This document shows positions 16,353-20,989 of a stretch of DNA of 20,989 nucleotides, one piece after another. The notes beneath the pieces were generated by a model that saw nothing but the letters and a program-made list of their open reading frames with translations, did not search any database and was not told where the DNA came from. How positions within the stretch are numbered: the first letter of the stretch is position 1; each line of letters begins with the position of its first letter. This DNA is from Methanobacteriota archaeon. Lineage in GTDB: Archaea > Halobacteriota > Syntropharchaeia > Alkanophagales > Methanospirareceae. The stretch covers positions 1-20,989 of the forward strand of contig JAYEJE010000289.1 in the NCBI GenBank assembly GCA_034660415.1, read 5' to 3'. The position numbers and the translations under genes are program-made.

Positions 16353-17021
16353 TTATAATACCTCTTTTTTAAATTCCTCAAACCCGATTTCTTTAATATA
16401 CCGACCCAATCGCTTTTTGGTATCGCAGTTCTTGTAGTAACTGATAATTTTATCCGCGAGTTCCATAGCATCGTCATCGTTCAAATTCGCCATTAGAACC
16501 TCTGCAATCGCAGGTGCTGCACCTGCAGAACCACCGACTACCACTTTCCAGCCCTTTGGCATACCGATAAAGCCCAGATCCTTTATCCACGATTCCGCGC
16601 AGCTATTGGTACAGCCGGAGACGCCGATTTTGAACTTTGAGGGTAGTTCCATTCCGTGATACTTCCTGTCAAATTCCATACCTAATTTCACCGAATCTTG
16701 CTTCCCCCTCTTACAGAACGTTGTTCCCGGACAGATTTTTACGCTTCTGACACATAACCCGATAGCAGCACCCGGCGGCATATCGAGGTCGTGCCAGGCA
16801 GCATCTATATCGCTCTCCGCTAAACCCACAATGGCTATTCGTTGCGCGGAGGTCAATTTTAACGCCTTTGCACTGTATTTCTCCGCGACATCTGCTATTT
16901 TCCTTAGCGTACAGGGTTCGCAAATTCCACCCGGCATCTGCGGCGCAATTGCATATGTTTCATAATCCCGTTGAACAATTGCACCTTTACCCAACAGATC
17001 ATTCTTCTTTTCTTCTACCAT
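16353..17021 (-). CDS. small siroheme/[4Fe-4S]-type sulfite/nitrite reductase-like protein (low-molecular-weight Dsr-like protein)
   Basis: GAIVQRDYETYAIAPQMPGGI...LRKIADVAEKY resembles the NIR_SIR ferredoxin-like half-domain. The coupled-cluster Cys motif is present: CX5C (CPGTTFC) ... CX3C (CTNSC). At 222 aa it is similar in size to known small assimilatory-type sulfite reductases. Confidence 0.8.
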   Translation of the reverse strand: MVEEKKNDLLGKGAIVQRDYETYAIAPQMPGGICEPCTLRKIADVAEKYSAKALKLTSAQRIAIVGLAESDIDAAWHDLDMPPGAAIGLCVRSVKICPGTTFCKRGKQDSVKLGMEFDRKYHGMELPSKFKIGVSGCTNSCAESWIKDLGFIGMPKGWKVVVGGSAGAAPAIAEVLMANLNDDDAMELADKIISYYKNCDTKKRLGRYIKEIGFEEFKKEVL

Positions 17022-17085
17022 TTTTATTTCTCATCTCTTTTTTGTGTTCGCTATTGCATTTTATTTTATTTTGTTTTATTTCACA

Positions 17086-18279
17086 TTATTCCATGAGTAT
17101 ACCCAGCTCCTTATGCTTATTCACGATTTCATCTGCTAACCGATCCAATGCTTTGAACACCTCTTCGCTTGGTACTCCTTTAGCAACAACAGGATCTAGC
17201 AGTTCTACCTTTAAGTTGGGTATCATATCCGAAATTTGTTCTACCATCCTGCTGCCCCAACCGTAAGACCCGATGATAGATGCGAATCTCAGTTTTGGTC
17301 TTAAAGCGTTTGCGAGATAAGCAGCATAAGCGACTTTCGGATGCGGGCCGACCAGAACGGTTGGAGACCCGATCACAACAGTAGCTGCATCTACCAACGC
17401 CATCGCTAATTTACCTATATCTGGTTCTGACAGATTAAACTGCTTTACTGTTATGCCCCGTTCAATCAAAGCCTCTGCGAAGTAATCCACCATTTTCCTC
17501 GTGCTGCCGTGCATTGAGATATAAGGTATGATTACCTCATTCTTCACATCGTCAGAAGCCCAATCCCTGTAAGCATTGAGTATGAAGTCTGGCTTATTAT
17601 GAACCGGCCCATGACTCGGTGCTATTATATTTAGCTCCAGATCCTTTATCCTGTGTAGATTCGTCCTAATAGCAATCCTAAAAGGCATCATAATCTCTGC
17701 ATAGTATCGCTTGGCTGCCTCATAGACTGTTGCCTCATCGGTTACAAACAGGTCGCTGGTTGCAAGATGCGAGCCGAGGAAATCGCAAGTAAAGAGTATT
17801 TTGTCTTCTCTTAGATACGTCAGCATCGTCTCGGGCCAGTGAACCCAAGATGCATGAATGAACTCCAGTGTTTTGTCGCCCAGAGATATAACCTCTCTAT
17901 CCTCCACGGTTAGGATTTTATCCTGGTGTATCAAAAGCAAATCCATAAGCATATCTTTGCATTTCGGTGTGCAGAGAACCCTAGCGTGGGGATATAACGC
18001 GAGTATTGCAGCTAACGACCCTGAATGGTCCTGCTCGGCGTGATTGGCTATGACATAATCTATATCTTTAATTCCAAGGTCTTCAAGATTTCTTACTAGC
18101 ACATCCGTCATGGTCGGGTCCACAGTATCAATCAACGCAGTTTTTTCGCTTCCTTTTATCAAGTAAGAGTTATAGCTTGTGCCATCGGGTAGCGGGATTA
18201 GTTCGTCAAATAACCTTCTATCCCAGTCAACTGCCCCCACCGAATAAATATGCGGTTTCAGTACTCTTCTAAGACTCAT
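17086..18279 (-). CDS. fprA: flavodiiron protein FprA (O2/NO reductase; F420H2-oxidase-type in methanogens)
   Basis: The metallo-beta-lactamase-like domain carries the diiron motif HAEQDHSG (H-x-E-x-D-H). The C-terminal flavodoxin-like domain contains ISMHGSTRKM...VIGSPT. I prefer ATG 18279 (MSLRRVLKP...) because ATG 18297 lies inside the upstream rubredoxin gene, and GGTGGAG sits just upstream of 18279. Confidence 0.9.
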   Translation of the reverse strand: MSLRRVLKPHIYSVGAVDWDRRLFDELIPLPDGTSYNSYLIKGSEKTALIDTVDPTMTDVLVRNLEDLGIKDIDYVIANHAEQDHSGSLAAILALYPHARVLCTPKCKDMLMDLLLIHQDKILTVEDREVISLGDKTLEFIHASWVHWPETMLTYLREDKILFTCDFLGSHLATSDLFVTDEATVYEAAKRYYAEIMMPFRIAIRTNLHRIKDLELNIIAPSHGPVHNKPDFILNAYRDWASDDVKNEVIIPYISMHGSTRKMVDYFAEALIERGITVKQFNLSEPDIGKLAMALVDAATVVIGSPTVLVGPHPKVAYAAYLANALRPKLRFASIIGSYGWGSRMVEQISDMIPNLKVELLDPVVAKGVPSEEVFKALDRLADEIVNKHKELGILME

Positions 18280-18280
18280 T

Positions 18281-18418
18281 TTACTCCACCTTTTCAAATG
18301 CCTCTTTACCTACACCACAGGCGGGACAGACCCAATCCTCTGGTAAATCTTCAAATGTCGTTCCCTCTTCCACTTCGTCATATATATATTCACATACAGT
18401 ACATTTCCATTTTGCCAT
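18281..18418 (-). CDS. rubredoxin, short form (45 aa)
   Basis: Hand translation: [45 protein letters not shown]. It has both CxxC knuckles (CTVC, CPAC), plus YIYD and the DLPxDWxCPxCG rubredoxin signature. Below the ORF-track length cutoff. Confidence 0.85.
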   Translation of the reverse strand: MAKWKCTVCEYIYDEVEEGTTFEDLPEDWVCPACGVGKEAFEKVE

Positions 18419-18436
18419 TTTTCATCTACCTCTTTT

Positions 18437-18868
18437 TTATTTTAGCCTATCTGCAATCTTCTTACCGAACTCGCGGCATTCTTTCAGCCCTTTTTCGGTT
18501 GGTCCGCGTTTTATTCTCAGTCCCGGCTCTATCACGTCCATCCCGGCGAGATTCTTCATCGTTTCTGTCAATATCTCAATGGATTCGCCACTCCAGCCGT
18601 AGGACCCGAATGCCGCACCAACCTTGCCTTTCAAGTCTGCTTTATCCATCACGAAAAGAAACGTCTTCATCGCTGCTATCAAGTTACGAACATACGTTGG
18701 AGAACCGAGAACTACGGCATCCACGTCTTTTAGGTCATCTTCATTTGCACGTGCTGCCTTTTTCCGTTCGACTTCAACTCCCGCTTCTTTCAAGCCCGTT
18801 TCTATTGCTTTTGCCATCATTTCCGTATTGCCCGAACGTGTTTCATATATTATTATTGCTTTTACCAT
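18437..18868 (-). CDS. flavodoxin-like FMN protein (143 aa), copy 1
   Basis: KAIIIYETRSGNTEMMAKAI (FMN phosphate-binding loop S/T-x-x-G-x-T), VVLGSPTY and AAFGSYGWSGES follow the short-chain flavodoxin pattern and resemble the FprA C-terminal domain. Confidence 0.75.
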   Translation of the reverse strand: MVKAIIIYETRSGNTEMMAKAIETGLKEAGVEVERKKAARANEDDLKDVDAVVLGSPTYVRNLIAAMKTFLFVMDKADLKGKVGAAFGSYGWSGESIEILTETMKNLAGMDVIEPGLRIKRGPTEKGLKECREFGKKIADRLK

Positions 18869-18955
18869 TTTTTGATAACATCTCCTAACTTCTTACCTAC
18901 TTCTTACCGCCGACCCAGTAGATTTTAGGGTGTATCTCTATCATTCTATTCTATT

Positions 18956-19093
18956 CTAATCCTCCTTCTTGAATGCGCCTTTGTCTGCACCACAGACAGG
19001 ACATACCCAATCATCAGGTAAATCGTTAAATGCCGTCCCGGCTTCTTCTTCGTCGTAGATATAGCCACAGACGGTACATATCCATTTTGCCAT
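18956..19093 (-). CDS. rubredoxin, short form (45 aa)
   Basis: Hand translation: [45 protein letters not shown]. Same architecture as 18281..18418. Below the ORF-track cutoff. Confidence 0.85.
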   Translation of the reverse strand: MAKWICTVCGYIYDEEEAGTAFNDLPDDWVCPVCGADKGAFKKED

Positions 19094-19164
19094 TTTTCAT
19101 CTACCTCCCTTCTGTTATACTTTCCTTCTCATATTTCAAATTTACGGCAGAGAACGTGGAGTTG

Positions 19165-19596
19165 TCAGGTCATCTTAGCCGCAATCTTCTTCCCGAACTC
19201 CTTGCACTCCTTTTCTCCTGTAACTACTTCCGTGCCTTTCATCTTCAGCCCAAGTTCTATCACGTCCATCTCGAAGATATGCTTCATCGTATCGCTCATC
19301 ATCTCAACTGATTCACCACTCCAGCCATAAGCACCAAATGCCGCTCCGACTTTTCCTTTCAAGTCCACTTTCTTCATCTTGAAAAGGAATGTCTTCATCG
19401 TGCCAATCATGTCATGATGAAATGTCGGGCAACCAAGAACCACAACATCCATGTCTTTGAGGTCTTCCACCTCTGTACTCAAAACCTTTTTCAATTCAAC
19501 ATCAACTCCAGCCTCTTTCAGGCCTGCTACTATTGCTTTTGCCATCGTTTCCGTATATCCATAGGTGGTTTCATAAATTACGATTGCTTTTGCCAT
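19165..19596 (-). CDS. flavodoxin-like FMN protein (143 aa), copy 2
   Basis: KAIVIYETTYGYTETMAKAI, VVLGCPTF and AAFGAYGWSGES. Same length as 18437..18868 and roughly 60% identical by eye. Confidence 0.75.
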   Translation of the reverse strand: MAKAIVIYETTYGYTETMAKAIVAGLKEAGVDVELKKVLSTEVEDLKDMDVVVLGCPTFHHDMIGTMKTFLFKMKKVDLKGKVGAAFGAYGWSGESVEMMSDTMKHIFEMDVIELGLKMKGTEVVTGEKECKEFGKKIAAKMT

Positions 19597-19613
19597 TTTG
19601 TGCTCACCGCCTT

Positions 19614-19964
19614 TTAGAATACTATCACTTCGTATCCCGCTTCCATGTATCTGGACAAGCTTGGGTGTCCTGACATCTCACCGCATATCGGTAGCTCTTG
19701 CTCCTCTGCACTCTTTAACGCACCTGTCTGAGTAGAGCATGTTTTGCAGACGCAATCAATTATCCCCGCTTTTTTGACTTCTGCATACAGATTTGCAAAC
19801 GGTTTTTTAGGATCTGCGAGTTCTTCCACCTTCTTCGTGGCCGAGCCCTCTATTATCAATTTCACATCGTATTCCTTATTCTTCAGATCTAAGGTATTCA
19901 AGAGCGTATGTGCAAAACACATTGGTTCTCCGTTGAACGCAAAGATAGCTACCTTCTTGTTCAT
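19614..19964 (-). CDS. small DsrE-like protein (116 aa)
   Basis: MNKKVAIFAFNGEPMCFAHTLLNTLDLKNKEYDVKLIIEGSATK...CKTCS...GHPSLSRYMEAGYEVIVF resembles small DsrE-family proteins that I recall from anaerobe redox-stress loci. I prefer ATG 19964, because the ORF-track start at 20063 would overlap the ferritin gene by about 95 nt. Confidence 0.55.
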   Translation of the reverse strand: MNKKVAIFAFNGEPMCFAHTLLNTLDLKNKEYDVKLIIEGSATKKVEELADPKKPFANLYAEVKKAGIIDCVCKTCSTQTGALKSAEEQELPICGEMSGHPSLSRYMEAGYEVIVF

Positions 19965-19968
19965 CTTT

Positions 19969-20493
19969 TTACGCACCCCCCGCTTCCGCAGTCGTAGGAG
20001 GCGTAAATACCCGCATCGCCAGCTCTTTGTCCACCATGAGCAAGCCATTACCGTCTTCTCCAACGAGCTTCAACATGGCAATGATTTCATTGTCGTTACC
20101 TTCCTCTTCTATCTGTTCCGTAACGTACCATTGCAAGAAAATGTTCGTAGCGTGGTCCTTCTCTGCGATAGCGAGGTCCACGAGCTCGTTGATGCTCCTC
20201 GTAATGAACTGCTCGTGCTCCAGAGTCTTCTCAAACATATCCAGAGGCGACTCAAATTCTGTCGCGGGTTGTTCAATAGCCATGAGCGTCACCTGGCCAC
20301 CCTGGTCATTGATGTAGTCGTAGATTTTCATCGCGTGCACCATCTCCTCCTGGTACTGAACCATGAACCAGTTGGCAAATCCTTTCAATCCGGTGTACGA
20401 GCTGTATGCGGACATTGCCATATACAGATACGCAGAATACATTTCCTTGTTGAGCTGACCATTCAGCGCTTCCTGCATCTTTTCGCTTAGCAT
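19969..20493 (-). CDS. ferritin (non-haem, Ftn-type)
   Basis: MLSEKMQEALNGQLNKEMYSAYLYMAMSAY...QEEMVHAMKIYDYINDQGG...LEHEQFITRSINELVDLA...FLQWYVTEQIEEE matches the ferroxidase-centre helices. I prefer ATG 20493, preceded by GAGGTG. The ORF-track N-terminal extension overlaps the peroxiredoxin gene. Confidence 0.9.
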   Translation of the reverse strand: MLSEKMQEALNGQLNKEMYSAYLYMAMSAYSSYTGLKGFANWFMVQYQEEMVHAMKIYDYINDQGGQVTLMAIEQPATEFESPLDMFEKTLEHEQFITRSINELVDLAIAEKDHATNIFLQWYVTEQIEEEGNDNEIIAMLKLVGEDGNGLLMVDKELAMRVFTPPTTAEAGGA

Positions 20494-20506
20494 ATTATCG
20501 CACCTC

Positions 20507-20989
20507 TTACTGCTTTTTGTGGCAGAACCACCAATCATAGCATTCGTATTGCTTGACCCGTTCCTTCGCGGTTTGCTCATCAGATGCAGGAGGAATTATA
20601 ACTCTGTCGCCGATCAACTCGTTGTTTGGCCAATTTGCAGGTATCGCAACGCCGTGTTCATCGTTCGTTTTAAGCCCACGTACCATTCTCAAGATTTCAT
20701 CCATGTTCCTACCGAGTTCCTGTGGATAATAAATCATAGCTCTCATTATTCCATGCGGGTCAACGGCAAATACAGCCCTAACCGTATTCGTGCCCTTGTT
20801 GGGATGGATGAGTCCCAGCATCTTGGCAACTCGACCGGTGTCGTCCGCGATGATTGGAAACTTTATCTCCTCATCCAGATTCTCCTTTATCCATTCCACC
20901 CATTTTATGTGACTGAATACCTGGTCAATGCTCAATCCGATAAGTTTGCAGTCGAGTTCCTTAAACGCCTCAAATCGTCTTTGAAACGC
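20507..20989 (-). CDS. peroxiredoxin (archaeal Prx6/1-Cys-like type), 5'-partial
   Basis: The frame stays open to the window end ([30 protein letters not shown]...). [20 protein letters not shown] and the C-terminal [12 protein letters not shown] resemble archaeal thioredoxin-peroxidase-type Prx. The peroxidatic Cys region lies outside the window. Confidence 0.9.
   Translation of the reverse strand, partial: AFQRRFEAFKELDCKLIGLSIDQVFSHIKWVEWIKENLDEEIKFPIIADDTGRVAKMLGLIHPNKGTNTVRAVFAVDPHGIMRAMIYYPQELGRNMDEILRMVRGLKTNDEHGVAIPANWPNNELIGDRVIIPPASDEQTAKERVKQYECYDWWFCHKKQ

Larger units (their letters stand above)
18281..19596 (-). repeat. tandem, diverged duplication of a flavodoxin + rubredoxin gene pair
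   Basis: Two consecutive Fld(143 aa)-Rd(45 aa) units. Both Rd starts share the nucleotide block ccattttgccatttttcatctacctc (18405..18430 and 19081..19106). The spacers differ between the two units: 18 versus 71 nt between Fld and Rd. Confidence 0.75.

Noticed and set aside
18280-18297. The fprA start at ATG 18297 ([11 protein letters not shown]...) as given by the ORF track.
   Set aside because: It lies within the last codons of the rubredoxin gene. ATG 18279 follows the rubredoxin stop by 1 nt and has GGTGGAG upstream.
18250-18888. A 212-aa plus-strand ORF, with similar long plus-strand ORFs at 19744..20490, 13318..13767, 16868..17266 and 20027..20317.
   Set aside because: All lie antisense to strongly supported minus-strand genes (rubredoxin, flavodoxin, ferritin, CbiX, Sir-like). 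They are low-complexity and Ser/Leu/Pro-rich, with no motifs. They are shadow ORFs.
19965-20063. An N-terminal extension of the small DsrE-like ORF (MEKTVMACSWW...), and the analogous ferritin extension at 20494..20580.
   Set aside because: Each extension overlaps the 3' end of the upstream gene by about 90 nt and is Arg/Trp/Ser-rich junk. The internal ATGs give canonical N-termini with SD-like motifs.
1-20989. CRISPR arrays, tRNA/rRNA genes, and IS elements or transposases with terminal inverted repeats.
   Set aside because: I found no regularly spaced direct repeats, no tRNA-like T-arm (GTTCRAATC-type) motifs and no transposase-like ORF on either strand. The only repeats are the paralogue relics and the Fld-Rd duplication.

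Overview
This is an archaeal chromosomal window. The evidence is an Alba chromatin protein, a stand-alone TRAM protein, an archaeal-type beta-CASP RNase J, GGAGG/GAGGT ribosome-binding motifs, AT-rich TATA-like boxes and oligo-T terminators. The lineage looks like a methanogen or ANME-type euryarchaeon, but I cannot resolve it from sequence alone. I found no rRNA, tRNA, CRISPR array or intact mobile element.

Layout:
- 1-1444: an AT-rich, translationally coupled pair of unknown genes on the minus strand. The second gene runs off the window and is missing from the ORF track.
- 1445-2044: a noncoding block that holds a relic of an aminotransferase 3' end.
- 2045-4138: an RNA-biology neighbourhood with alba, a TRAM gene and RNase J.
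- 4252-11462: metabolic genes. These are a class-III aminotransferase, an acyl-CoA synthetase, a glycerophosphodiesterase, a Cys/Met PLP enzyme and acetyl-CoA synthetase. An aldehyde-dehydrogenase relic sits upstream of the aminotransferase.
- 11618-13119: a higher-GC gene for a CARDB-domain single-pass membrane protein with an unknown cytoplasmic domain and no credible start or signal peptide, followed by a NifB C-terminal relic.
- 13170-20989: an uninterrupted run of 13 minus-strand genes.

The 13-gene run has two parts:
- An oxidative-stress array: peroxiredoxin, ferritin, a DsrE-like protein, two tandem flavodoxin plus mini-rubredoxin pairs, and flavodiiron FprA. Both rubredoxins are below the ORF-track size cutoff.
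- Directly downstream, a small siroheme-type sulfite/nitrite reductase-like protein, a complete stand-alone NifB, a Cys-rich DUF166-like protein, a second DsrE-like protein and a small CbiX/CfbA-type tetrapyrrole chelatase.

The most unusual items are:
- the Sir-like/NifB/DUF166/DsrE-like/CbiX cluster, which has no nifHDK nearby;
- the duplicated flavodoxin-rubredoxin module with 45-aa loop-deleted rubredoxins;
- three separate gene relics, each keeping only the 3' part of a gene;
- the orphan CARDB membrane protein;
- the unknown AT-rich operon at the window edge.

All functional calls come from motif recognition by eye, with no database search.
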